NCBI GenBank assembly: GCA_900317815.1
Contig: ONIC01000096.1
Coordinates: 6,012 to 70,011, forward strand
Direction: 5' to 3'
DNA from: an uncultured Eubacteriales bacterium
GTDB taxonomy: Bacteria; Bacillota; Clostridia; Oscillospirales; Acutalibacteraceae
Length of the DNA stretch: 64,000 bases
Within the stretch, counting starts at the first letter, position 1; every line of letters begins with the position of its first letter. The translations under genes were made by a program, and so were the position numbers. The notes below the pieces were generated by a model. That model worked only from the letters and a program-made list of their open reading frames with translations, searched no databases and had not been told where the DNA came from. Shown here piece after piece: positions 1 to 9,896 of this stretch.

Positions 1-14
1 GTATAAGCGGCGAG

Positions 15-1250
15 GTGCTTGCGTTCTGCAATACTGTTCTTGAGGAACTTGAGCCGCGCTTTAAGAAGATAGATGAGACTGCGGAGTATAATCAGCTGAA
101 GGTGATATCCGCAATGCAGGAACACAGAGTGAACGCCGCCTGCTTTGCCGCAACTACCGGTTACGGATATGACGATGCGGGACGTGACAATCTCGAGCGC
201 GTATATGCTTCGGTTTTCGGTACGGAAGCGGCGCTTGTGCGTCCGCAGATCACCTGCGGAACTCATGCCCTTGCCGTTGCGCTTTCTGCGATACTTCGCC
301 CGGGAGACACACTGCTTTCTCCCGTAGGCAAGCCTTACGACACACTGGAGGAGGTCATAGGCATACGTCCTTCACGCTGTTCTCTGAAAGAATTCGGCGT
401 GAATTACAAGCAGGTCGATCTTCTTCCCGACGGAGGTTTTGACTTTGAAGGGATCAGAAATGCGATCGACGATAAGACAAAGATGGTCACGATACAGCGC
501 TCCAAGGGCTATCAGACACGCCCGACTCTTTCTGTCGAGCGGATAGGGGAGCTGATCGCATTCATCAAATCCGTAAAACCCGACATAATATGTATGGTCG
601 ATAACTGCTACGGCGAATTTGTCGAGAAAATCGAGCCGTCAAATGTCGGCGCCGATATGATTGTCGGCTCTCTTATCAAAAATCCCGGCGGAGGACTTGC
701 CCCGATCGGCGGATATATCTGCGGCACGAAAGAATGTGTAGAAAACTGCGCATATCGTCTGAGCGCACCGGGTCTCGGTCAGGAGGTAGGAGCAAATCTC
801 GGAATTATGCCGGCGTTCTATCAGGGCTTCTTTATGGCTCCGACGGTCGTATCGGGAGCGCTCAAGGGAGCTGTATTTGCGGGACTTTGCTATGAAAAGC
901 TCGGCTTCAGGTGTGTGCCTGACGGTACGGAGGAACGCTTTGATATTATACAAGCGGTCGAGCTCGGTTCGGAGGAGCGTATGGTCGCTTTCTGCAAAGG
1001 TATCCAGGCAGCGGCGCCTGTTGACAGCTATGTTACTCCCGAACCGTGGCCAATGCCCGGCTACGATTCCAACGTGATCATGGCGGCAGGCGCGTTCGTC
1101 CAGGGGTCGAGTATAGAGCTTTCCGCCGACGGCCCGATCAAGGAGCCTTACGCCGTGTACTTCCAGGGCGGACTTACATGGTATCACGCGAAGCTCGGTA
1201 TCATGATGTCAATACAGAAGCTTTTTGAAGCGGGTCTGATAGAGCTTTGA
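15..1250 (+). CDS. YnbB-type PLP-dependent Cys/Met-metabolism enzyme (so-called aluminium-resistance protein family). The frame stays open to the left window edge, so the true start may lie upstream.
   Basis: 411-aa ORF. Family-typical segments include EYNQLKVISAMQEHRV, GYGYDDAGRD and IQRSKGY, which carries the expected PLP lysine. Confidence 0.7.
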   Translation: MLAFCNTVLEELEPRFKKIDETAEYNQLKVISAMQEHRVNAACFAATTGYGYDDAGRDNLERVYASVFGTEAALVRPQITCGTHALAVALSAILRPGDTLLSPVGKPYDTLEEVIGIRPSRCSLKEFGVNYKQVDLLPDGGFDFEGIRNAIDDKTKMVTIQRSKGYQTRPTLSVERIGELIAFIKSVKPDIICMVDNCYGEFVEKIEPSNVGADMIVGSLIKNPGGGLAPIGGYICGTKECVENCAYRLSAPGLGQEVGANLGIMPAFYQGFFMAPTVVSGALKGAVFAGLCYEKLGFRCVPDGTEERFDIIQAVELGSEERMVAFCKGIQAAAPVDSYVTPEPWPMPGYDSNVIMAAGAFVQGSSIELSADGPIKEPYAVYFQGGLTWYHAKLGIMMSIQKLFEAGLIEL

Positions 1251-1287
1251 GGGTATCGATAATATACAGATAACCGAGAACCGAGAA

Positions 1288-1316
1288 CCTCTCCTGAAAA
1301 ATGGGGAGGTTTTTTT
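1288..1316 (+). terminator. Rho-independent terminator after the ynbB-like gene
   Basis: CCTCTCC / GGGGAGG stem (one G-U pair), 8-nt loop, then TTTTTTT. Confidence 0.7.
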
Positions 1317-1425
1317 GTTTCGTCATACCGCATATAATTTCAGGCGAAAATATGTATATAATTTCGGAAAGGAGTATATTAAATCGTAACAAATCTGATT
1401 TATTTATTAAATTACCGAAAATTTA

Positions 1426-1454
1426 TTGACTTTTCACGAAAAAAATCTTATAAT
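1426..1454 (+). promoter_or_regulatory. Sigma-A-type promoter for secDF
   Basis: TTGACT, 17-nt spacer, TATAAT. Confidence 0.55.
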
Positions 1455-1587
1455 AACTCTGTTACGATTGTTTGAATAGGGTATTTCTGCGCTTTTTTAG
1501 CCGGAATGATATTCGGACAATAAAGCCGTGTCGAGGTCTTTAGAATCGGTGACGCGGCAAACATACACATCACGGAGGTTAAAACGC

Positions 1588-2997
1588 ATGAAAAGAGTTG
1601 CAAAACCTGTATTCTTCATCGTTGCGCTTCTTATCATCGCTCTTGCGGTCACGTCTGTATTCGGAATCGACACGCAGTTCGGTGATATCAAGACGACCCG
1701 CATCAAGGGCGTAGACGATATTCGATGGGGAATCGACATCAAGGGCGGCGTTGAGGCGACATTCCGTCCGGCTGACGGTGTAGAGGCTACACCGGAACAG
1801 CTCGAATCGGCAAAATCCGTCATCGAGACAAGACTCGTTGGCAACAGCATCACCGACTACGAGCTTTATGCCGACGAAAGCTCCAACAGGATCATTGTCC
1901 GCTTCCCTTGGAAAGAGGATACCACAAACTACGACCCGAACGCCGCTATAGAGGAAATTTCCGCTACGGCCGTACTTACGTTCCGTCCGGGCAACAGCTA
2001 TGAGACAGTTGATTACGATGCAGACGGCAATCCCGTCATGAAGACGCCTACAGGCGCCACAGCGGAAACTGTGCTCCTTGACGGTTCTACCGTAAAGAAG
2101 GCGGAGCCCGGCGTGATCAGCGAGAACGGTACTAACCAGTATGTAGTATCGCTCGAGTTTAACGATGAGGGTACGCAGCTCTTCAAAGAGGCTACTACTA
2201 CATATCTCAACCAGACTATTTCGATCTGGATGGACGACACGATGCTCTCTTATCCGACTGTAAACGAGGTCATCTCGGGAGGCAAGGCTCAGATCTCAGG
2301 CTCGTTCACGGCAGAGGAGGCAACCGCTCTTGCAACTAAGATCAACGCAGGTGCGCTGCCCTTCACGCTGGAGACTGTAAACGTTTCCTCGATCAGCCCG
2401 ACGCTCGGTCAGAACTCGCTTCGCGCTATGGGTATCGCTGCCGTTATCGCTCTTTGCTTCATCGCCGTATTTATGATCATTTTCTTTAGAGTTCCGGGCT
2501 TTGTTGCGATCATCGCGCTTATCGGTCAGATGGCTATTATTCTCGTGTCTGTTTCGGGTTACTTCCCTGTATTCAACAGCTTCACGATGACCCTCCCCGG
2601 TATCGCAGGTATGATCCTGTCGATCGGTACGGGTGTTGACGCAAATATCCTTACAGCCGAGCGTATTCGCGAGGAGCTCAAGCGAGGCAAGTCACTTGAC
2701 AGCGCTATCAATGCGGGTACAAAGAACTCACTTTCAGCTATCATCGACGGTAACGTTACTATAGTTATAGTAGCCGTGATCCTCATTCTTGTGTTCGGTC
2801 CGTTCAATATGCTTTCCTTTATTTTCGGTCTTTCGACGACGGGTGCGATCTATGCCTTCGGCTATACTCTTCTCATCGGTACTATCGCAAACTTCATTAT
2901 GGGTATCGGTGCCGCAAGACTTATGCTCAAGTCGATCTCGGGTTATAAGTTCCTGAGAAATCCCAGACTTTACGGAGGTGCTAAGAATGAAAGATAA
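1588..2997 (+). CDS. secD: Protein translocase subunit SecD
   Basis: ATG at 1588 lies 8 nt after GGAGG; the ORF-track start at 1528 is an in-frame upstream extension. N-terminal TM segment, large extracytoplasmic loop, and a C-terminal multi-TM block with GVDANILTAERIREE. Confidence 0.9.
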   Translation: MKRVAKPVFFIVALLIIALAVTSVFGIDTQFGDIKTTRIKGVDDIRWGIDIKGGVEATFRPADGVEATPEQLESAKSVIETRLVGNSITDYELYADESSNRIIVRFPWKEDTTNYDPNAAIEEISATAVLTFRPGNSYETVDYDADGNPVMKTPTGATAETVLLDGSTVKKAEPGVISENGTNQYVVSLEFNDEGTQLFKEATTTYLNQTISIWMDDTMLSYPTVNEVISGGKAQISGSFTAEEATALATKINAGALPFTLETVNVSSISPTLGQNSLRAMGIAAVIALCFIAVFMIIFFRVPGFVAIIALIGQMAIILVSVSGYFPVFNSFTMTLPGIAGMILSIGTGVDANILTAERIREELKRGKSLDSAINAGTKNSLSAIIDGNVTIVIVAVILILVFGPFNMLSFIFGLSTTGAIYAFGYTLLIGTIANFIMGIGAARLMLKSISGYKFLRNPRLYGGAKNER

Positions 2998-3952
2998 GGT
3001 ACTCGACTTCTACTCGAAGAGAAAAGTCTTTTTCGGCATTTCCATCGGTATAATCGTAATCGGAATTATCTTCAATATCATTTTCGGTGTTTCGCTCGAT
3101 ATCCAGTTCTCGGGCGGCTCGATGATCTCCTACTCATATAACGGTGAGGTCAATGAGGAAGAAATGAAGGCTCTTATCCAGGAGAAGACTCCCGACGATA
3201 AGGTAACCTTCACAGTATCAAAGGATATCGCTGCCAACAACGAGAACGGTGACGGCTATACTCTTACAGTTCAGTTCTCGGGCACCGATGCCATCAGCAC
3301 GGAGATCCAGTCCGAGATCCTCGCTTCTCTTCAGGAAAAATATCCCGACAACAATTTTGACACCAACGAGTTTACATCTGTAGATGCTACTATGGGTCTG
3401 AAGTTCTTCATTAAGTGTCTTGTTGCCGTTGCTATCGCGAGTGTTCTCATGGTGATCTACGTTACGATCCGATTTAAGAGGATCGGCGGTATGTCCGCGG
3501 GTATGTTCGGTCTTGTAGCGCTTTTCCACGATATCATCATGGTATATATCGTATTCGTTGTTTTCAGAATGCCTATCGACTCGAACTTTATCGCAGTCGT
3601 TCTTATGATCCTCGGTTATTCGCTCAACGACACGATCGTTATCTACGACCGTATCAGAGAGAACAAGGCTAAGATGGGTCCGAAGGCTTCTCTTATCGAA
3701 GTTTACAACCGCAGCATGACTCAGTGTATCAAGAGAACGATCATGACTTCGATCACTACTCTTGCAGCTATCACTTCTGTATATGTTGTATGCCTTGTAT
3801 TCAACATCACATCTATCCAGAGCTTTGCGCTTCCGATGATGATCGGTCTTGTATCGGGCTGCTATTCGTCGATCTGCATTGCAACTCCTCTTTGGGTTAT
3901 CTGGCAGCTCCACAAAAAGAGCAAGGAGCCCGAGAAGAAAGCAAAGGCTTGA
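2987..3952 (+). CDS. secF: Protein translocase subunit SecF
   Basis: ATG at 2987 follows GGAGG and overlaps the secD stop. SecF-type TM block with LNDTIVIYDRIREN. Confidence 0.9.
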   Translation: MKDKVLDFYSKRKVFFGISIGIIVIGIIFNIIFGVSLDIQFSGGSMISYSYNGEVNEEEMKALIQEKTPDDKVTFTVSKDIAANNENGDGYTLTVQFSGTDAISTEIQSEILASLQEKYPDNNFDTNEFTSVDATMGLKFFIKCLVAVAIASVLMVIYVTIRFKRIGGMSAGMFGLVALFHDIIMVYIVFVVFRMPIDSNFIAVVLMILGYSLNDTIVIYDRIRENKAKMGPKASLIEVYNRSMTQCIKRTIMTSITTLAAITSVYVVCLVFNITSIQSFALPMMIGLVSGCYSSICIATPLWVIWQLHKKSKEPEKKAKA

Positions 3953-3965
3953 TAAAAATCTCTTG

Positions 3966-3994
3966 TCCCCGTCTGATCTCAGGCGGGGATTTTT
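3966..3994 (+). terminator. Rho-independent terminator after secF
   Basis: TCCCCG / CGGGGA stem followed by a T-run. Confidence 0.75.
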
Positions 3995-4063
3995 GTAACA
4001 TTTTTTCTTCGCTGCGCTATAATGTAGTAAGACACGATTTTACGGCGTTGTGAGGTGTTGTGT

Positions 4064-4207
4064 ATGTGCACTCGGGATTGTGCTTCAAAATGCGCGCTTT
4101 CATTCGGTCTTGCTTTGATGCTTTCATCGTTTTTTAAAAACGGTGCGGCTATATTTCTTGTCGGTGCCGCGTTTGTGATATTATCCTTCGCACTTCGCAG
4201 GCGCTGA
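4064..4207 (+). CDS. Possible 47-aa hydrophobic micro-protein (MCTRDCASKCALSFGLALMLSSFFKNGAAIFLVGAAFVILSFALRRR)
   Basis: GAGGTG lies 6 nt upstream of the ATG. Two hydrophobic stretches and an RRR tail. Sits directly upstream of spoVM. Below the ORF-track size cutoff. Confidence 0.3.
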   Translation: MCTRDCASKCALSFGLALMLSSFFKNGAAIFLVGAAFVILSFALRRR

Positions 4208-4226
4208 ATATACGGGAGGCTCAATT

Positions 4227-4313
4227 ATGAAATTTATCGTTGTAGACAATCCGAAATTCTGGTCTCCGATCCTGAGATGTATGTTCAAGATAAAGAAAGT
4301 CAAAGCCGAATAA
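4227..4313 (+). CDS. spoVM: Stage V sporulation protein M (28 aa, MKFIVVDNPKFWSPILRCMFKIKKVKAE)
   Basis: GGGAGG lies 7 nt upstream. Size and the MKF...PKF...ILR...F.IKK amphipathic-helix pattern match SpoVM of Bacillus and Clostridium. Followed by a terminator. Not in the ORF track because it is under 60 aa. Confidence 0.8.
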   Translation: MKFIVVDNPKFWSPILRCMFKIKKVKAE

Positions 4314-4321
4314 ACAAGAAA

Positions 4322-4351
4322 CGGGGAGCGCAGACTCCCTGTTTTGCTTTT
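4322..4351 (+). terminator. Rho-independent terminator after spoVM
   Basis: CGGGGAG / CTCCCTG stem (one G-U pair), 6-nt loop, then TTTTGCTTTT. Confidence 0.7.
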
Positions 4352-4466
4352 GTGAAAAAATAATAATGAAAGATGCATCTGAGTATGAAGGATTATCGCA
4401 TATTTATAAAAAAGATAACAATTCGGTTATCTGACAGATAAAATTCTGATAATGCTCAAAAAAATC

Positions 4467-4495
4467 TTGCTACTACAAGTAAAAAATGGTATAAT
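4467..4495 (+). promoter_or_regulatory. Sigma-A-type promoter for aspS-gatCAB
   Basis: TTGCTA, 17-nt spacer ending in TGG, TATAAT. Confidence 0.6.
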
Positions 4496-4566
4496 AAATA
4501 CAACTGTGGATATGGTGGGGCAGCATTGCCTTTATATATTCAAAAACGCAGGAAAGGCAGAGAAAA

Positions 4567-6315
4567 ATGATGAGAGAAAATCAGTATCGCACACACAACT
4601 GCGGTGAGCTCAGAGAGAGCGACATCGGCAAGAATGTAAGAGTTGCAGGCTGGGTCGAGAATATCAGAGACCACGGCGGCGTTATGTTCCTTGACATCCG
4701 TGACCAGTACGGAGTAGTTCAGGTAGTTGTGCACGACGATAATTTACTCAAAGATATAAATAAGGAATGCACTGTAACGATAGAGGGCGAGGTAGTAAAG
4801 AGAGACGAGGAGACTATCAACCCGAAGATCGCAACAGGTATGGTAGAGGTACACACATCAAGTCTCAGAGTGCTCGGCAGATGCAAGGCAAATCTTCCTT
4901 TCGAGATCTCCTCGGCTAAGGACGTTAAGGAAGAGGTACGCCTTAAGTATCGCTTCTTAGATCTCAGAAATAAGAAAAATCATGACAATATCGTGCTCAG
5001 AAGCCAGATCGTTTCGTATCTCCGTTCTCAGATGACTGAGATGGGTTTTATGGAGATCTCTACTCCGATACTTTCGACATCTTCTCCCGAAGGCGCAAGA
5101 GATTATCTTATACCGAGCCGCAAGCACAAGGGCAAGTTCTACGCACTTCCGCAGGCTCCTCAGATTTTCAAGCAGCTTTTGATGGTATCGGGATTTGACA
5201 AGTATTTCCAGATAGCACCGTGCTTCCGTGATGAGGACGCAAGAGCAGATCGTTCTCCGGGTGAGTTCTATCAGCTCGATTTCGAGATGGCATTCGCAGA
5301 GCAGGATGATGTTTTTGCGGTAGCCGAGCAGGTGCTCTATAATACGTTTACAAAATTCGGCGGCGGCAAGGAAGTCAGCAAGCCTCCGTTCAAGAGGATC
5401 CCCTACGCAGAGGCTATGGTAAAGTACGGCACAGACAAGCCGGATCTGAGAAATCCTCTCGTTATAACTGATATTTCCGATATGTTCGTTGAGACTGACT
5501 TCGGCCCGTTCAGAGGCAAAACAGTCCGCGCGATCAACGTTCCCGACTGCGCAGGTCAGTCAAAAAGCTGGTTCAAGCGCATGGAGGAGTACGCGCTCTC
5601 CATCGGTATGAAGGGTCTCGGTTACGTAAAGGTAAGAGACGATATGACCTTTGACGGTCCGATCGACAAGTTCCTTCCCGCAGAGGACAAAAAGACTCTC
5701 ATCGAGAGAACAGGTCTGAAGCCCGGTGCTGTCTGCTACTTTATCGCAGATTCCGCTCAGGACGCTCCGAAGCTTGCGGGTCAGATCAGGACAGAGGTCG
5801 CAAACCGTCTCGGCATCATTGATACGAGCCGCTTCGAGCTGTGCTTTATCGTAGATTTCCCGATGTACGAGTACGATGACGACGGAAAGGTGATCTTTAC
5901 GCACAATCCGTTCTCAATGCCGCAGGGAGGACTTGAGGCTCTCGAAACGATGAACCCCGTTGATATCCTTGCTTATCAGTATGATATCGTGTGCGACGGC
6001 GTAGAGCTTTCTTCGGGCGCTGTCAGAAATCACGACGTTGAGATCATGAAGAAAGCATTCGCAATAGCAGGCTACACAGAGGACGAGCTGAAAGAGAAGT
6101 TCAAAGCTCTCTACAATGCGTTCCAGTACGGCGCTCCGCCGCATGCAGGAATGGCTCCCGGTGTGGACAGAATGATAATGCTCCTCACAGGCGAGGAGAA
6201 TATCCGCGAAATCATCGCATTCCCGATGAACTCCAACGCACAGGATCTCCTTCTCGGTTCTCCCGGAGAGGTTACGGAGCAGCAGCTTCGCGAGGTCCAC
6301 ATCAAACTCAGATAA
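4567..6315 (+). CDS. aspS: Aspartate--tRNA ligase, probably non-discriminating given the adjacent gatCAB
   Basis: 582 aa. Bacterial-type AspRS with an OB-fold N-terminus, FRDEDARADR (class II motif 2) and GMAPGVDRM (motif 3). Confidence 0.95.
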   Translation: MMRENQYRTHNCGELRESDIGKNVRVAGWVENIRDHGGVMFLDIRDQYGVVQVVVHDDNLLKDINKECTVTIEGEVVKRDEETINPKIATGMVEVHTSSLRVLGRCKANLPFEISSAKDVKEEVRLKYRFLDLRNKKNHDNIVLRSQIVSYLRSQMTEMGFMEISTPILSTSSPEGARDYLIPSRKHKGKFYALPQAPQIFKQLLMVSGFDKYFQIAPCFRDEDARADRSPGEFYQLDFEMAFAEQDDVFAVAEQVLYNTFTKFGGGKEVSKPPFKRIPYAEAMVKYGTDKPDLRNPLVITDISDMFVETDFGPFRGKTVRAINVPDCAGQSKSWFKRMEEYALSIGMKGLGYVKVRDDMTFDGPIDKFLPAEDKKTLIERTGLKPGAVCYFIADSAQDAPKLAGQIRTEVANRLGIIDTSRFELCFIVDFPMYEYDDDGKVIFTHNPFSMPQGGLEALETMNPVDILAYQYDIVCDGVELSSGAVRNHDVEIMKKAFAIAGYTEDELKEKFKALYNAFQYGAPPHAGMAPGVDRMIMLLTGEENIREIIAFPMNSNAQDLLLGSPGEVTEQQLREVHIKLR

Positions 6316-6336
6316 TTGATCGAAAGGACGATACTT

Positions 6337-6615
6337 ATGGTAACCCGTGAGGATGTTATTAACATCGCCAGACTGTCAAAGCTGTATATCGCAGAGGAAG
6401 AGCTCGACGATATGACAAAGGCGATGGACGATATAGTTAAATTTGCCGATACTATCAACAATGCGTCCGAGGAAGGCGTTGAGTTTGACAATATCAATAA
6501 TCTTCGCAACGCATTCAGAGAGGATGAAGTCGTTGAGTCTTACGACAGAGACGAGATCCTGAAAAATGCAAACGATATGGACGAGGGTCATTTCCTCGTG
6601 CGCAAGAGGGTGTAA
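6337..6615 (+). CDS. gatC: Asp/Glu-tRNA amidotransferase subunit C
   Basis: 92 aa from the ATG at 6337; the track start at 6316 is TTG. Typical GatC N-terminus (VINIARLSKLYIAEEEL). Located between aspS and gatA. Confidence 0.9.
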   Translation: MVTREDVINIARLSKLYIAEEELDDMTKAMDDIVKFADTINNASEEGVEFDNINNLRNAFREDEVVESYDRDEILKNANDMDEGHFLVRKRV

Positions 6616-6617
6616 AG

Positions 6618-8084
6618 ATGGCAGATGGAATGATAAAAAAGCTCGGAGGTATGCTGGAAAGCAAGGAGATCTCCTGTAAGGAGCTTACGGAAAAATACCT
6701 GTCCGAGATCGACAAGGCTAACGGCGATCTCAACGCCTATGTAAAGGTGACTCCCGACGAGGCGCTCACAGCCGCAAAGCTCGTTGACGAAAAGCTGGCA
6801 CGCGGTGAAAAGCTCGATGCGCTCGAGGGAATCCCGATGACTCTCAAGGACAATATTTCCACAAAGGGTATCGACACTACCTGCTGTTCGAAGATCCTCG
6901 AGGGTTACAAGCCCATTTATGATGCGACTGTATGGAGTGCGCTCAAGTCGAAGAATGCCGTTTTGCTCGGAAAAACCAATATGGACGAGTTTGCGATGGG
7001 TTCGTCGAGCGAGACGTCCTGTTTCGGCGGCGCTTCAAACCCGCACGATATCTCCCGCGTTGCAGGCGGCAGCTCGGGCGGTGTTGCATCTGCAGTCGGG
7101 GGCAACATTGCAGCGTATGGACTCGGCTCCGATACAGGCGGATCTATCCGTCAGCCCGCAAGCTTCTGCGGCATCGTCGGACTGAAGCCTACATACGGCG
7201 CAGTCTCACGTTTCGGACTTATCGCTTATGCATCGAGCTTCGATCAGATCGGACCTATCACAACTACAGTCGAGGATGCAGCGATCGTTTATGACGCGAT
7301 CTCCGATTACGATAAAATGGATTCAACATCTCAGGGCAGAAAGGGCGCTCCGACTGTTCAGACGCTGAAAAACGACATAAAGGGTATGAAGATCGGTATT
7401 GCCGATGAGTATCTTGACGGCGTGAGCGATGAGGTAAGAGGTGTCATTGAGAAGGCGTGCGAGGTTTACAGATCTCTCGGAGCAGAGATCGTCCGCTTTA
7501 AGCTGCCGTCTCTTAAATATGCGCTTCCCGTATATTACATACTCGCGTGCGCCGAGGCTTCATCAAACCTTGGCAGATATGACGGTATCAGATACGGCTA
7601 CCGCACATCAAATTACAAGGACGTAAACGAAATGGTCTGCAAGACGAGAAGCGAGGGCTTCGGCGCAGAGGTCAAGAGAAGGATCCTGCTCGGAACCTAC
7701 GTTCTCAGCGCAGGCTATTACGATGCATATTACAAGAAGGCGCAAAATCTCCGCGGATCTATAGTCAACGCATTCAAGGGTGCGTTCGGGAACTGCGATG
7801 TGATACTTGCTCCGACCGTTCCGATGACGGCATTCAAGAAGGGCAGCGCTATAAGCGACCCCATTCAGACATATCTGACCGATATCTGCACCGTTCCCGT
7901 AAATATTGCGGGACTTCCCGGAATTTCGATCCCATGCGGCTTTGACGGCGAGGGTATGCCGATCGGTATGCAGCTTATCGGAAATACGTTCTGCGAAAGC
8001 ACGATCCTCAATGCCGCATGGCAGTATGAAAACGCTGCGGGCAAAGATGTATTCAGACCGTCGCATTACGGCGTAAAGCTTTAA
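6618..8084 (+). CDS. gatA: Asp/Glu-tRNA amidotransferase subunit A
   Basis: 488 aa. Amidase signature region including GGSSGGVASAV and GSDTGGSIRQPA. Confidence 0.95.
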   Translation: MADGMIKKLGGMLESKEISCKELTEKYLSEIDKANGDLNAYVKVTPDEALTAAKLVDEKLARGEKLDALEGIPMTLKDNISTKGIDTTCCSKILEGYKPIYDATVWSALKSKNAVLLGKTNMDEFAMGSSSETSCFGGASNPHDISRVAGGSSGGVASAVGGNIAAYGLGSDTGGSIRQPASFCGIVGLKPTYGAVSRFGLIAYASSFDQIGPITTTVEDAAIVYDAISDYDKMDSTSQGRKGAPTVQTLKNDIKGMKIGIADEYLDGVSDEVRGVIEKACEVYRSLGAEIVRFKLPSLKYALPVYYILACAEASSNLGRYDGIRYGYRTSNYKDVNEMVCKTRSEGFGAEVKRRILLGTYVLSAGYYDAYYKKAQNLRGSIVNAFKGAFGNCDVILAPTVPMTAFKKGSAISDPIQTYLTDICTVPVNIAGLPGISIPCGFDGEGMPIGMQLIGNTFCESTILNAAWQYENAAGKDVFRPSHYGVKL

Positions 8085-8097
8085 GGAGGTAAAAATC

Positions 8098-9510
8098 ATG
8101 CAATACGAGATGGTCGCAGGCTTTGAAACACACGTCGAGCTTGCTACAAATACAAAGATTTTTTGCTCCTGCACAACTCAGTTCGGCGGTGAGCCGAATA
8201 CACACTGCTGTCCGATCTGCATCGGGCTTCCCGGAGTGCTTCCCAAGCTCAACCGTGAGGTCGTAAGATTTGCGATCAGAGCAGGTCTTGCTAGCAACTG
8301 TCATATAGCCAACATTTCCAAAATGGACAGAAAGAATTACTGCTACCCCGATCTGCCTAAGGCGTATCAGATCTCGCAGTACGACAAGCCGCTTTGTGAA
8401 AACGGATATATACAGCTTTCAAACGGCAGAAAGATCCGCCTTAACAGGATCCATATAGAAGAGGACGCAGGCAAGCTCATACACAAGCGTGGAGACACTT
8501 ATATTGATTACAACCGCGGCGGCGTTCCGCTTATCGAGATCGTCTCCGAGCCTGATATCCGCTCCGTTGAAGAGGCAAAGGAATATGTCGAGAAGCTCCA
8601 GCAGATCATGCGCTATATCGGCGTTTCCGACTGCCGTATGCAGGAAGGAAGTATGCGCTGCGATGTAAACGTCTCCGTAAGACCTGTCGGCAGCGATAAG
8701 CTCGGAACAAGGACTGAGATCAAAAATATGAACTCCATCACGTTCATCGGACGTGCTATGGAATATGAATATAACCGCCAGGTTGATCTTATCGAGTCGG
8801 GCGGTGAAGTTGAACAGCAGACGCTCCGTTATAATGACGCAGAGAATACGACATCTCCGATGAGAGGCAAGGAGGACGCAAACGATTACCGTTACTTCCG
8901 TGATCCCGATCTTGTTACTATAGACGTTTCAAACGAGGAGATCGATGAGCTGAGAGCTACTATTCCCGAACTTCCGTTTGAAAAGGTCGGGCGTTATGTA
9001 AACGAACTCGGTCTTTCCGAAAAGGACGCGGCAAATATTGCGAAGTACAGAAGCATTGCAGAGTACTTCGAGAAGGCGTCCCACGGTGTTAAGAACCCGA
9101 AGACGGTTGCAAACTTTATTATTGGTCAGATCTTCCGCCGCCTTGAGACAGAGGAGGACAAGGAGTCGTTTGACATCAAGACGAGCGCCGAGCAGCTTTC
9201 CGAGCTTGTAAAGCTCATTGACGAGGGCAAGATAAAGAACAACCTCGCAAAGTCTACTCTCGAAAAGATGCTTGATACAGGCGATCCTGTGACTAAGTTT
9301 GTTTCAGAGAGCGATATGGCGGGTCTTGACGAGAATGCGCTCAAGGAGCTTTGCTCAAAGGCTGTAGAGTCGAACCCGAAGGCAGTAGATGACTTCAAGA
9401 AGGGCAAGCAGAAAGCTGTAAAGTCGCTTGTCGGCTTTGTTATGAAGGAGAGCCGCGGCAAGGCGGACGCAGCAGCAGCAGAGCAGATCATTATAGAGAT
9501 CATCGGCTGA
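8098..9510 (+). CDS. gatB: Asp/Glu-tRNA amidotransferase subunit B
   Basis: 470 aa. GatB N-terminus (GFETHVELATNTKIFC) and a C-terminal YqeY-like tail. Confidence 0.95.
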   Translation: MQYEMVAGFETHVELATNTKIFCSCTTQFGGEPNTHCCPICIGLPGVLPKLNREVVRFAIRAGLASNCHIANISKMDRKNYCYPDLPKAYQISQYDKPLCENGYIQLSNGRKIRLNRIHIEEDAGKLIHKRGDTYIDYNRGGVPLIEIVSEPDIRSVEEAKEYVEKLQQIMRYIGVSDCRMQEGSMRCDVNVSVRPVGSDKLGTRTEIKNMNSITFIGRAMEYEYNRQVDLIESGGEVEQQTLRYNDAENTTSPMRGKEDANDYRYFRDPDLVTIDVSNEEIDELRATIPELPFEKVGRYVNELGLSEKDAANIAKYRSIAEYFEKASHGVKNPKTVANFIIGQIFRRLETEEDKESFDIKTSAEQLSELVKLIDEGKIKNNLAKSTLEKMLDTGDPVTKFVSESDMAGLDENALKELCSKAVESNPKAVDDFKKGKQKAVKSLVGFVMKESRGKADAAAAEQIIIEIIG

Positions 9511-9580
9511 TATGATGAAGCAGCGCTCTGGAACTTACAGAAGAACGTTTAGCTTCAATAAATAATAAATAAAGAAACGA

Positions 9581-9610
9581 AGAGCGTCGCGTCAAGCTGC
9601 GCTCTTTTTA
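9581..9610 (+). terminator. Terminator after gatB
   Basis: AGAGCG / CGCTCT stem followed by TTTTT. Confidence 0.6.
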
Positions 9611-9781
9611 CTTTTCCGAAACAAATAATTAATTATTATCTCAAAATCAGGAATTATAATAGTAGTACCGTGACCGGCAGTGATATGTGTTTGATTTAGG
9701 TGTAGAAATATTGTCAGATTTTTTGTTGATTATAACTATATTGTTTCACATTCTCAAATTATCAAATTATGGTTTTTATCA

Positions 9782-9810
9782 TTGAAAAAACGGCTTTGGT
9801 ATGATATAAT
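9782..9810 (+). promoter_or_regulatory. Sigma-A-type promoter for the lipoprotein gene
   Basis: TTGAAA, 17-nt spacer, TATAAT. Confidence 0.5.
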
Positions 9811-9896
9811 AGGGTGAAAGTCGGTTAGTATAATTTGTAGAGGATACCGCGCGGTGCGGTGTCGTTTTTATGCGCATAAATTTTGGAGGATATAAT

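Noticed and set aside
4380-4566. Possible T-box leader upstream of aspS
   Set aside because: The promoter at 4467-4495 leaves a leader of only about 70 nt. I could find no specifier-loop or T-box (AANNNGGGTGGTACCGCG-like) sequence and no terminator/antiterminator pair.
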